Translations under genes and position numbers: made by a program
Notes under the pieces: generated by a model
The model's input: the letters and a program-made list of their open reading frames with translations, nothing else
Told to the model about the DNA's origin: nothing
The model's database searches: none
Part shown: positions 19,391-28,584 of the stretch, piece after piece
How positions within the stretch are numbered: the first letter of the stretch is position 1
Layout of the letters: every line of letters starts with the position of its first letter
Origin: Candidatus Krumholzibacteriia bacterium
Lineage (GTDB): Bacteria > Krumholzibacteriota > Krumholzibacteriia > JAJRXK01
Direction: 5' to 3'
Assembly: GCA_041484665.1 (NCBI GenBank)
Contig: JBGPIA010000003.1
Coordinates: 224,001-288,000, forward strand
Length of the DNA stretch: 64,000 bases

Positions 19391-20188
19391 ATGGACGGCG
19401 CCGTCTACTTCGTCAGCGACACCCACTTCGGCTCGGGCTCGCAGCAGGCGCAGGCCGACCGACGCCGACGTTTCCTGGCCTGGCTGGACAGCCTGACCGA
19501 CGCCAGCCACCTCTACCTGCTCGGCGACCTCTTCGACTTCTGGCTGGACTATCCAAACTTCATGCCGAAGACGCACCTGGAAGTGCTCGACGGCCTGCGG
19601 CGCCTGCGGGACCGTGGCGTCGAGCTGGCCTTCGTGGGCGGCAACCACGACATGTGGTGCGCAAGGTACCTGCAGGCGACCCTTGGCGTGCGCTCGCTGT
19701 TGCCCAACAGCGTAGCGGAGCACCAGGGGGTGCGGGTGCGGATGAACCATGGGGACGGGCTGTTGACGGGCGATCTTGCCTACAAGGCCTTCCGGGCCGC
19801 GGTCCGCAACCCTGCCACCGTGCTGCTGGCGCGCGCCCTGCACCCCGAGCTGGTGCACTGGATGGCCGCGCGCCTCTCCCACGCCTCGCGCCGGAAGAAG
19901 CGCCACGGCGTGGCGCAGCTGCGGCTCGCCGTCGACCGTTACGGGCACCAGCATGACCACAGCGACGTCGACTACTTGGCGGTGGGCCACCTGCACGTGC
20001 CGCTGTCCATCCCGTTCGCGGGCTGGACCTTCGTCTGCCTGGGGGACTGGGTGGAGCACCACACCGCCGGCCGATTGGTCGGAGGTGCGCTCACCGTGGG
20101 ACCGGTGGGAGAGGACCCGGCCGAGGCCGCACGGGCCGCCGCCCTGTCCGCGCGCTCCGCGCTGCAGCCGCGCCCCGAGCGCGGCTGA
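19391..20188 (+). CDS. lpxH: UDP-2,3-diacylglucosamine diphosphatase (LpxH-like metallophosphoesterase)
   Basis: 'SDTH', 'LGDLFDFW', 'GNHD', 'HGD', 'GHLH', 'LGDW'. Confidence 0.85.
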   Translation: MDGAVYFVSDTHFGSGSQQAQADRRRRFLAWLDSLTDASHLYLLGDLFDFWLDYPNFMPKTHLEVLDGLRRLRDRGVELAFVGGNHDMWCARYLQATLGVRSLLPNSVAEHQGVRVRMNHGDGLLTGDLAYKAFRAAVRNPATVLLARALHPELVHWMAARLSHASRRKKRHGVAQLRLAVDRYGHQHDHSDVDYLAVGHLHVPLSIPFAGWTFVCLGDWVEHHTAGRLVGGALTVGPVGEDPAEAARAAALSARSALQPRPERG

Positions 20189-20258
20189 GACCGTCCGCGG
20201 GCGCCCGGCGAAACGGGACGCCCGTGGTCGTCCGGCGCGTCACGCAGGCAGCGGCCGA

Positions 20259-21254
20259 CTAGCGCAACGCCGCGCCCGCGGCTGCGGGTTGCGGCAGGAA
20301 CGCCATCCGCACCGAGAAGCGATGCGTGTCCTGGAAGTCGTTCTTGTTGACCAGGTACGCGTAGTCGACGTCGAAGATGCCGCGGTGGAAGCCGGCGCCA
20401 AACGTGGCCCCCAACGTGTCGTAGGCGAATCGGTTGCCGGCGCGCAGCGCGAACGCCTCGTGCAGGCGCAGCTCGGCGCCGGCGTGCAGGCGGGCGTTGC
20501 CGTCGTTGGGGACGACGACCTCGCCGGCCAGGGTCAGGCGCCGCAGGAACGCGGGTGCGCTGGACTGTCCCGCGTAGCTGGCTCCCAGACGCAGCGTGAC
20601 GGGCAGATCGAACTCCTCCTGATTCAGCTTCATCTTGCGCCCGTAGTTCTGCAGGCAGGCGGCGAGCGTCAGTCCAGGGATCTGCGAGCGGTGGGAGATC
20701 CCTAGGTCGACAGCCACGCCCGATCCGTCATACACGTCGATGCGCTGGTAGAGGAACTTCCCGACGATCCCCACCGAGACATCCTTGAAATCGTAGGCGT
20801 AGCCCAGCCCCACGGCGATATCGTAGGGGCGGAAGCTGCCACGCTGCACGCCGACCGGCTCCTCGTCGTAGCGCGGGATGAAGTCGCTGTAGAAACCGCT
20901 GAAGGAGAGGCCCAGCGCGCCGGCGGGAGTATTGTGGCTGACGGCGAAGCTCTCCTGGCGGAAGTCCTGGAAGTACTCCAGGTGCTGGAGCGACACCTGC
21001 GTGCCCTTGGCGTTGACCAGGTTGGCGGGATTCCAGTACGCGGCCGTGGCGTCGGTGGCGCCCGCGACGCCGGTGTCGCCCATGGCGCCAGCGCGGGCGC
21101 CCATGCCCAGCCGCAGCGAGAGCAGGCCGGCGCTGCCCGGGTCGCCGGCCAAAGCGGACACGGGCGGCAGCACCAGCGCGGCGGCCGCAGCCAGCGCCAG
21201 CGCGGTCAACGCGGCACGCGCGCGCCATGGATGGTGGAACCTGCCTGCACTCAT
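20259..21254 (-). CDS. PorV/PorQ family outer-membrane beta-barrel
   Basis: Signal peptide, 'LRLGMGARAGAMG', 'AAYWNPANL', amphipathic strands, 'DYAY...THRFS' near the C-terminus. Confidence 0.85.
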   Translation of the reverse strand: MSAGRFHHPWRARAALTALALAAAAALVLPPVSALAGDPGSAGLLSLRLGMGARAGAMGDTGVAGATDATAAYWNPANLVNAKGTQVSLQHLEYFQDFRQESFAVSHNTPAGALGLSFSGFYSDFIPRYDEEPVGVQRGSFRPYDIAVGLGYAYDFKDVSVGIVGKFLYQRIDVYDGSGVAVDLGISHRSQIPGLTLAACLQNYGRKMKLNQEEFDLPVTLRLGASYAGQSSAPAFLRRLTLAGEVVVPNDGNARLHAGAELRLHEAFALRAGNRFAYDTLGATFGAGFHRGIFDVDYAYLVNKNDFQDTHRFSVRMAFLPQPAAAGAALR

Positions 21255-21301
21255 CGCGTGACTCCTCCGCGGTCGCCGGGAAGGCGCTCCGCTCGTCCTG
21301 G

Positions 21302-21331
21302 AGTATACCGGCCGCACGATGGCGGCATCAA
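21302..21331 (-). promoter_or_regulatory. Sigma70 promoter of the PorV-like gene
   Basis: TTGATG-N18-TATACT. Confidence 0.6.
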
Positions 21332-21352
21332 TCGAGCTCTCCCGCTCGTCTC

Positions 21353-24300
21353 TCAACGCGCTACCGCAAACGTCGCCACCGCCGCGTCGCCGTTGACGCG
21401 CAGGCGGCAGACGTAGTACCCGCTCGCCAGCCCCGCCACCGAGATCGGCTCGTCGTAGAGCGCCGGTGCGACGATCTCGACCCTCGGCAGGGCGCGCACC
21501 TGCTGGCCCTCGAGGTTGTACACAGCTCCCTCCACGCGCCCAGGGCGCAGGATCTCCGCGCGCACGCGGACCGTGGGTCCCGTTACCGGATTCGGATAGA
21601 CCGCCAGCGTCTTGCCCTGGATCGACGCCCCGCCGCTGGGCGCGGCCGCGTCGGTGCTCAGGCGCTGCACGCCGCTGTTCCAGGCATCCCCTCGGCCTTG
21701 CGGCCAAGGCGCGAAGGTGTCGGCGGGTACGTCGAGAGCGTAGACGCGCAGCTCCCCCTCGCGCCGCGTGACGACCGCGGTCTGCGCCGGAATCGTCTGG
21801 ATGAGCGCGTCGAATGCGCCGGCTGCCACCAGCTCCAGCGATCCGTCGCCGTCGAGGTCGGCGACGGCCGGCGCGCCGGCGGGCTCCGCGGGACCGGCGA
21901 ACGGCCAGCCGGGCAGGGCCTGTACTTGCCGCTGATCGACGGCGTGGAGGCGTCCCACCGGGTCCTGCCAGAGGAGCTCGGCCTGGCCGTCTGAGTCGAG
22001 ATCGACCATCAGGGGAGCCACCAGCGCCGGTGCGCCGGCCGGGTGCCCTCCGGCGTAGGCCGGCCGATAGGGGCCGCCCGTGCGCACGCGCAGCGCGCGG
22101 TCCAGGGGCAGCAGCGCGCTGCCGGTAGCGTAGGCGATCACCGGCTCGCCCGCAGCCCGCAGCGGACCAGCGGCGAGCCCCGACCAGGGCGACGGCTGCG
22201 GATCCCCGGCGACCGGCGCCGGTGAGGCCGCGGCGCCGCTGACGGCCGGCGGGGCCGCACGGATCGCCGTGAGCGCGGCGCCAAGCAGGAGTCCCATCCG
22301 TTGTGCGCGCCCCAGCGAATCGACCCACGCGACGTCGACGTCGTCAGAGGAGGGAGCGAAGCGGGAGGCCAGCATTGGCACTGCGGCGATGCGGCCCGTT
22401 ACCGGCACCGTGCCCAGCAAGCCCAGCCCGAGCTCGGCGGTCACGATCTGATCCTGCGCGGCGCCCCGCAGCCCGAACGCGAACGTCACGGCCGCGCCCT
22501 GCGGGCCGCGCGGCACGACGAGCAGCTCAGAGGCCGGCGTGCCGGACAGGAGCGGCGTGACTGCCTGCACCGCAGGGCCCGGTGGGCCCCCGCTGCATGC
22601 GTCCAGACCGGACAGGAAGAACGTGACGAGCTGCGTCTCGCCGGCCGCGGAGACGCTGAGCTGGACGATCTCGATCGGCGAGCGCGGCCCGGCCGAGGCG
22701 AACGCGCCGCACAAGGGACGCAGCACCGGCGCCCCCACGAAGGTGCTCGCACCGGCGGGAATGAGCACCCCCCACGTGGCGGGATTCGCATCGCCGTCCT
22801 GGAACTCTGCGCCGGTGCTGCCGACGAACGCGTAGACGCCGTCCGCGCTGGCCAACACCACTTCGAGCACGCCGTCGCCGTCCAGGTCTCCCACGGCCGG
22901 AGGCCCTAGCCATTGCGGCGGCCCGTTGGGCCCGCGCGCCAGCGCCAGCACGCCGGTGGTCGACGGATCGTGGTCGCCATCGACCCAGTCGCCCAGATCC
23001 GCGGTGAATACATACACGGCGCCGCTGTCGCCGGCTGCGATGATCTGCATGCCGGGCGCATCGTTGGGCAGCAGGTCGGCCACCCGCAGGTCGAAGCGGG
23101 GCGCGCGGCGGGGCAGCCGCCGCCGGGACCGCTCGTGCACGCGCGGTGGGGCCGCTCCAGCGCGGCTGAGCCCAAGGGTCATGGTACCGTCGTAGACGAT
23201 GGCCTGCAGCTGGCCCGAGCTGAGGACGGAGTCGAGGGCGACGCGACTGATCTGGGAGAATGCGATGCCGGTCGGCGCGCCGTCGGCGGTGTCCGTGGCG
23301 GGCAGCGTGTCGGGGCCGAAGCGGCTGGCGCCCTCGCCGCGGAACGCGTCACCGTCCCAGCCGAGGAAATAGACCGACGGCTTGGCAGAATCGAGATCCT
23401 GGATGCCGTCGGCCTCCTCTAGGTCGACCCCCTTGTGGGCGGGGTCGGCGTTGATCCGGTTGCTGCCCGTGCGAACGGCGTCCTCGATCACGCGCTCGTC
23501 GACGTGCCAGACGTAGAGCCCGCTGCCCCGTCCGCGCCGGTATCGTGGGCCGTCGAGCCACTCGCTCATGGCGAAGTCCCACTCGGCGCCCTCGGTGTTC
23601 TCCCAGGTGTCCACGCCGGGCGTGAACGGCGACGTGGGAAAGCCGTTGGTGCTGTCGCTACCCGCATCGTAGTAATCAGGGAAACCGTCGTGGTTGAGAT
23701 CGCCGGGAAAGGTGAAGCGCAGATTTCCGTCCGGGTCCTGCAGCCGGTACTCGGCCAGCCAGTATTCCCGACTGTTGATGGGCACCTTGAGAAGCAGCGT
23801 GTCGGCGATGGTCGTGGCCGTGGCCCCCAGCCTCAATTGCAGGGTCTCGCCCAGGGCGGGCACCGCCTCCACGGGTTCGGCCCAGCCCATCAGCGCGCGG
23901 TTCATGGCCGAAGGCTCGGCCGGGATCAGCCCGATCCCCGCGAACAGGCCGTAGCTCATCAGGTCGAATTGGCCGGCGCCCTGGCTATCGGGCGATCCAG
24001 CCGGCGTGAAGTCGGCCAGGTTGAGCATCCCCAGCCGTAAACCGAACTCGAAGCAGTAGACGCCGAGGGTGCCGAAGAAGCCGTCGGAGAGCCCGGGCAC
24101 GGGATCCTGACTCTCGCTCTCGGGCAGCACGAGCACGTGCTCTACGTCGACGCCGTCACCGGTCGGCAGGCGCGCGTCGGGCAGCGCTCCCGCCTGGAAG
24201 GCGGCCTTATAATCGCGGGCGTCGAGATAGTTGCTGAAGATCTGCGCCGGGCTGTCCTGGAGGATGTCGGTCTCCTGCCCCGCTCCGGCGTGGATCAGCA

Positions 24301-25003
24301 CCAGCGTGTCGTAGCGGCTGAAGTCGACCTGCGGGTCGATGGCGGCGATCGCGTCGCGCGCCATCTCCACCACGTGCACGCTGGAGGTGTCGTCGTCGCC
24401 GTAGTAGCCCATGGGCCTCGGCAGATTCACGAGCGAGCCCAGCACGTTCCAGCGCATGTGGAATCGGCCGCGGCTCACCGTCGCGAGGTAGTCGCGCACT
24501 CGCTGCATCTGCACGTCGAAATAGGCCGAGTCATGCGCGGTGAACTCGTAGACGGCCCGGCCCTGGAAGGCGAAGAGCGGCCCCAGGTAGTGGCCGTGTC
24601 GCGTCTGGGGTGGCCAGCCCGGGAACTCCGCCAGGTTGCGCCCCCACAGCAGGCTGTCGCTGAAGTCGCAGCCCACGACCAGCAGGCGCAGCGAGTCGGG
24701 GCCCGCGCGGCGCTGCAAGGCCGTACGCTGCGAGAGTGTCAGCTGCCTGGGGAGCAGCCGGCGACCGCACTGCAGCAGCAGCCGGGCGCGCTGCGGGAGG
24801 AGCTCCCCGTGCGGGCGCGGCGGCGCTGACGCTGCACCGCCGGCGCGCGGGAGCACGGCGACCGCAGCCGCGACTGCCACGGCCACGGCAGCGGCTGCCA
24901 CCACGGCGAGCGAGCGCCCGGCGGCGATGGCGCTCGCATCGCGCTTGCGTCGCGGTGGCGTGCGCGGTGGCGTGTGCGGCTCTGGAATGCGCGGTTCGGG
25001 CAC
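21353..25003 (-). CDS. Large secreted protein: immune-inhibitor-A (M6)-like domain with degenerate Zn motif, FG-GAP repeats, C-terminal T9SS-like sorting domain
   Basis: 'LIHAGAGQE', 'FDLMSYG', 'EYWLAEYR', 'GLYVWHVDE', 'VDLEEADG'; repeated 'GDLDGDG'; C-terminal 'VYPNP...VYNLEG...LASGYY'. Start uncertain; GTG 25003 chosen because it follows a promoter. Confidence 0.82.
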   Translation of the reverse strand: MPEPRIPEPHTPPRTPPRRKRDASAIAAGRSLAVVAAAAVAVAVAAAVAVLPRAGGAASAPPRPHGELLPQRARLLLQCGRRLLPRQLTLSQRTALQRRAGPDSLRLLVVGCDFSDSLLWGRNLAEFPGWPPQTRHGHYLGPLFAFQGRAVYEFTAHDSAYFDVQMQRVRDYLATVSRGRFHMRWNVLGSLVNLPRPMGYYGDDDTSSVHVVEMARDAIAAIDPQVDFSRYDTLVLIHAGAGQETDILQDSPAQIFSNYLDARDYKAAFQAGALPDARLPTGDGVDVEHVLVLPESESQDPVPGLSDGFFGTLGVYCFEFGLRLGMLNLADFTPAGSPDSQGAGQFDLMSYGLFAGIGLIPAEPSAMNRALMGWAEPVEAVPALGETLQLRLGATATTIADTLLLKVPINSREYWLAEYRLQDPDGNLRFTFPGDLNHDGFPDYYDAGSDSTNGFPTSPFTPGVDTWENTEGAEWDFAMSEWLDGPRYRRGRGSGLYVWHVDERVIEDAVRTGSNRINADPAHKGVDLEEADGIQDLDSAKPSVYFLGWDGDAFRGEGASRFGPDTLPATDTADGAPTGIAFSQISRVALDSVLSSGQLQAIVYDGTMTLGLSRAGAAPPRVHERSRRRLPRRAPRFDLRVADLLPNDAPGMQIIAAGDSGAVYVFTADLGDWVDGDHDPSTTGVLALARGPNGPPQWLGPPAVGDLDGDGVLEVVLASADGVYAFVGSTGAEFQDGDANPATWGVLIPAGASTFVGAPVLRPLCGAFASAGPRSPIEIVQLSVSAAGETQLVTFFLSGLDACSGGPPGPAVQAVTPLLSGTPASELLVVPRGPQGAAVTFAFGLRGAAQDQIVTAELGLGLLGTVPVTGRIAAVPMLASRFAPSSDDVDVAWVDSLGRAQRMGLLLGAALTAIRAAPPAVSGAAASPAPVAGDPQPSPWSGLAAGPLRAAGEPVIAYATGSALLPLDRALRVRTGGPYRPAYAGGHPAGAPALVAPLMVDLDSDGQAELLWQDPVGRLHAVDQRQVQALPGWPFAGPAEPAGAPAVADLDGDGSLELVAAGAFDALIQTIPAQTAVVTRREGELRVYALDVPADTFAPWPQGRGDAWNSGVQRLSTDAAAPSGGASIQGKTLAVYPNPVTGPTVRVRAEILRPGRVEGAVYNLEGQQVRALPRVEIVAPALYDEPISVAGLASGYYVCRLRVNGDAAVATFAVAR

Positions 25004-25012
25004 GAGGCGGGC

Positions 25013-25042
25013 AGTATAGGGAGAGGACACAGAGGGGGTCAA
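25013..25042 (-). promoter_or_regulatory. Sigma70 promoter (near-leaderless) of the M6-like gene
   Basis: TTGACC-N18-TATACT, ending about 10 nt before GTG 25003. Confidence 0.62.
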
Positions 25043-25413
25043 CCGCGCGGCCCGCGGGCGCTGCGAACGCTGCACACGCGGCCGGCGTGCCCGGCGTGGC
25101 GCGCGCGGCGTGCGCTGCCGGCGGACGGCACTGGCCACCCAGCCCAAGACGCGAGCGCGGCGCTCCGGATTGCGGACGCGCCGCGCGCGCAAGAATCGGG
25201 AAGAGGAACGTCGGGCCCTCCATCGTCGCCCCTGATCGACATTTCCGGCCCTTCGTTCCTCTTCCACCATCGAGGGTCCCCCGCGGCCCGCCCCTCTCCC
25301 CTCCTCCCGCGCTCGGCTGCCAACCATCGCAGGACGGGGACCGGGGTGCGAAGCCCCTGCCCCTTCCACAGGGAAGGGGTCGGAGGGCCCTGTTCAAACC
25401 GTTCGGGTCTCTT

Positions 25414-27234
25414 CTACGAGCGACCTCCGCGCGGTGCTCCACGCTCAGCGGAGCTGCGTCCTGCGCCGCCATCGCGGCCGCCGCGATCCGCGGCTCCGTG
25501 GCGGGAGTCTCCACCGCCGCGGGGCGACGGAGCCTGGCGCGGCGCTGGCGCCGACCGCGGCGGAGGAGCCTGGGGAGCCGGCGCGCTCGACCGGGGCGGC
25601 GGAGCCACCTCCGGCGGGGGCGCCTGGCGCGGCGGCGGCGCGACTTGCTCACTGCGGCTGGGTCGCGGCGCCGGCGGGCCGGGCTCTGTACTCGCACCTC
25701 GCCCGCTGTCGTCCTGATCGCCTCGCGAGCGTGCGCCGGGCGCGGTCCCGTCGCGCGGCGGCGAAACGACCTTCCGCGGTGGACCGCCGCGGTCAGGCCC
25801 GCGCTCGCTGTTACGGATGACCGGGCGCGTCCAGCGGCGCGCGCCGGTGTCACGGCTCTCGCCCGAGCGCGGTTGCGGCGCGACCCGCGTCTCGCCGCCC
25901 GAGCGGTCCGTGCCGTCGTCTCCGTGGGCCGGCGACGGCAGGCTGCGAACGCTGCGCTCGCGGCGCACCACGGCGTCGGTGCGGACGCCGCCCCCGGTCT
26001 CGCGCGGCACCAGCGCCGTCGAGCGGTGCGGCGCCGGCAGCGGCGCTGTACGCTCCCGGTCCGGCAGTCGGCCGAGGCCGCGATCGGCGGGCGCGGTCAT
26101 GCGACCGCCGCCCCCGGCGCTTGCAACGCGCGCGCGCGCGATGCTGGGAGGCTCGCCGCCGCGGATGGCCTGCCTGCCGAAGCGCCGCTCGCTCGCCGGT
26201 CCGTCGACCGCGTACAGCGGCGCCGTCACCGCGGCGCCGTGCCGGTAGCGGACGAGGTAGTCACCGCGGTAGTACGGGCTATCGTTCCACGACCAGAGCG
26301 GGTAGGAGCGCACGTAGACGCCGCTCCCCGGCCAGCGGTAGCACACCGGGTAGTACCAGAAGTAGTACGGCCGGCACCCCACCAGATCCCAGTAGTAGAA
26401 CGGAGGATCGTAGAAGAGCGGGTAGTAGCCGTACCGTCCCCACCAGCCCGAGTACCAGCCCCAGTCGTAGTGAACCGACACCTGCGTGCAGGTGTCCACG
26501 TACGGGTGGACGGTGCGCCCGTCGTCACCGTGGCACTGGGAGCAAGCGTAGCGCGGGTAGTCGACCCGGCTGTCGACATACACGTGACTCCAGTCGGTAA
26601 CGATATAGTCGACGTCCTGCTCGAGGCCGGTGATGGCATAGTTCACGTCGTTCACGGCCAGGAACGGGTCCCCCGCGACTTTGTGTCGGTAGTGCTCCTG
26701 CTCATCGGGATCGAACGCGAAGTCGATCGCGAGGTTGCGCAGGTCGAATGGATAGCGGCTGGCGAGCGCCTCGACGTACTCGACACCCTTGCTGAGGCTG
26801 GCGTGCAGGCGATGCGTGGCGCCCGCGGGCGGCAGCGTGTAGGCGTGTCCGCCGTACACGAAGCCGTCGTTGTAGCGGGTGGCCGGCCAGAGCACCTCGG
26901 CCACGCCGTCTGCGTCAATGCGGTAGACGACGACGTAGGCGTCGGCATTGGTGCGGAAGTGGAAGCCAATGGCCTCCCCGCGCTGGTAGACTTCGTCCTC
27001 ACCCTTGTCGTGCCAGACCTGGATGCGCAGATCCCGGTCCGCGCCCGCCTCTGCCGTGCTCGCCTCGGCCTTGCTGGCCGCCGCCTTTGCGGTGTCCTGG
27101 TCGGCCGCGCGATCCTCCCCCTGCACCCAGAGGGCAGCCAGGTCCACGCGCGCAGTGTCCGCCCACGCGAGGGCCGGGACAAACGGGAGGACGGCGAGGA
27201 GGACGCCGATCGAAACGTGTAGCTTCGCGCTCAT
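25414..27234 (-). CDS. Secreted DUF4384-like protein with CxxCH motif, Trp/Tyr-rich segment and Pro/Arg-rich disordered tail
   Basis: Signal peptide; 'IQVWHDK...YQRGEAI.F.FRTNADAYVVVYRIDADG...LWP'; ACSQCHG; YDWGWYSGWW...; low-complexity C-terminus. Confidence 0.75.
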   Translation of the reverse strand: MSAKLHVSIGVLLAVLPFVPALAWADTARVDLAALWVQGEDRAADQDTAKAAASKAEASTAEAGADRDLRIQVWHDKGEDEVYQRGEAIGFHFRTNADAYVVVYRIDADGVAEVLWPATRYNDGFVYGGHAYTLPPAGATHRLHASLSKGVEYVEALASRYPFDLRNLAIDFAFDPDEQEHYRHKVAGDPFLAVNDVNYAITGLEQDVDYIVTDWSHVYVDSRVDYPRYACSQCHGDDGRTVHPYVDTCTQVSVHYDWGWYSGWWGRYGYYPLFYDPPFYYWDLVGCRPYYFWYYPVCYRWPGSGVYVRSYPLWSWNDSPYYRGDYLVRYRHGAAVTAPLYAVDGPASERRFGRQAIRGGEPPSIARARVASAGGGGRMTAPADRGLGRLPDRERTAPLPAPHRSTALVPRETGGGVRTDAVVRRERSVRSLPSPAHGDDGTDRSGGETRVAPQPRSGESRDTGARRWTRPVIRNSERGPDRGGPPRKVVSPPRDGTAPGARSRGDQDDSGRGASTEPGPPAPRPSRSEQVAPPPRQAPPPEVAPPPRSSAPAPQAPPPRSAPAPRQAPSPRGGGDSRHGAADRGGRDGGAGRSSAERGAPRGGRS

Positions 27235-28196
27235 CGCGACCCCTCCTCGGGTGTCGGCACGACCTTGCCTCCGCTTGGGACGGACAGCTCGATCAGGCCA
27301 GGCACCGGTTGATACGCCCAGTAGACGCCGACGTAGTCGGGAGTCCGCTCCACGACGGTGATCTTGGCGTAGTTGTGGTCTCCGGACAGAGCCGGGGATT
27401 GGAAGATCTTGATCGCGTACGTGTGGTCCACGACCGCTTCGACTTTGCCGGCGATGGACCAGCCGCTCGTGGGCGCCAGGCTCAGGTCGTCGAAGGAGGC
27501 CAGGCCGAAGTCCTGGATCTGCACGCGATCGGGATTTGCGTAAAAGTAGCCGACCCGCTGAGCGCCGACCAACTCGGAGCCGAACCACAGGTCGGTGCTC
27601 GACAGCGAGTAGAGCTGCGCCTGATCCGACAGGCTGCTGAAGTCGTAGCCTGAGAACTGCGCGTTCTGGAGGGACAGGGCCTGGTCGTAGAGCTTGAGCG
27701 CGCTCTGCACCTGCTCGGGGCGCGGCGTGTCCACGACGTAGTCCAAGCTCAGGCCGCTCTCGTTGTTGGTGTGGTCGAACGCGCTCACGGCGTAGTAGTA
27801 GTCCACCCCGTTGGTCAGCCCGGTGTCCGCGTACTCGACGAAATCATCGCCGGGCGCGCTGGTCGCGCCAGGCTGCAGGTGATCGATGGCCGTGATCTCG
27901 GCGATCATCGTGAATTTGCTGCTGCCGTCGGTGTTGCTGAAGATCCGGTAGCCAGCGAGGTCCGGCTCGCGGTCGGGGATCCAGCGCAAGTAGATCGCAT
28001 GGTCGCCTGTAATGCTGTGCACGCCGCCAGGTATGGCCGGTGGCGTCGCGTCCACGAAACCCTTCTCGTGATCGTTGCAGCCACCCAGGGTCGCGATCGC
28101 CAGCGCCCCGAGCGCGGCGGCGAGCGTCCGTGACCCGGCTGAGACTTTGAGCGTGGCTCTTCGCGAGCCAAAGACACTGCTGCTGTGCCTACGCAT
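27231..28196 (-). CDS. Lipoprotein with fibronectin type III domain
   Basis: Lipobox LGGC; 'PPAIP', 'LRW...EPDLAGYRIF', 'YADTGLTNGVDYYYAVSAFD...NES'; RBS gggaggagg. Confidence 0.85.
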   Translation of the reverse strand: MRRHSSSVFGSRRATLKVSAGSRTLAAALGALAIATLGGCNDHEKGFVDATPPAIPGGVHSITGDHAIYLRWIPDREPDLAGYRIFSNTDGSSKFTMIAEITAIDHLQPGATSAPGDDFVEYADTGLTNGVDYYYAVSAFDHTNNESGLSLDYVVDTPRPEQVQSALKLYDQALSLQNAQFSGYDFSSLSDQAQLYSLSSTDLWFGSELVGAQRVGYFYANPDRVQIQDFGLASFDDLSLAPTSGWSIAGKVEAVVDHTYAIKIFQSPALSGDHNYAKITVVERTPDYVGVYWAYQPVPGLIELSVPSGGKVVPTPEEGSR

Positions 28197-28256
28197 CGTG
28201 GACCTCCTCCCTGCAGGTCTCGTGACCTTCGGCCGACCACCCTGCTGGTGCACAAG

Positions 28257-28271
28257 GCACCGCCCGTGCCA
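28257..28271 (-). promoter_or_regulatory. Sigma54 (-24/-12) promoter of the Fn3-lipoprotein/DUF4384 operon
   Basis: TGGCACGGGCGGTGC (GG-N10-GC), 60 nt upstream of the ATG; IHF-like TTTCAACGAGTTG at 28333-28345. Confidence 0.65.
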
Positions 28272-28550
28272 GGCTGCGCCGCGCGGGAGACGGGGCGGGG
28301 CACCCTGGGTGCCAGACCCCCCACGCGATCCCCAACTCGTTGAAAAGAAGCGAATTGCCAGCACGCGGGGACTGGTGCTGGTGGCGGCGGCGCTGCGGCC
28401 GGGGCCCGGCTGTACGCGCCCCGCAGCCCCGTACGTGCCCCGCGGGGGACAGCCCCCTGTCCTCTGGCTGGGACAGCCGGGAGCGCGAGCCTGCGCAACC
28501 ATGGCCGGGGCGGCGGGGCGCTTCGGTGGTAGCGGTGCGCGGCCGGCCGC

Positions 28551-28584
28551 AGAAGCAAAGGGCCGCCCCGGAGGAGGCGGCCCT
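28551..28584 (-). terminator. Intrinsic terminator closing the putative ncRNA
   Basis: Minus-strand stem agggccgcctc-ctcc-ggggcggccct (11 bp, one G.U pair) followed by TTGCTTCT. Confidence 0.72.
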
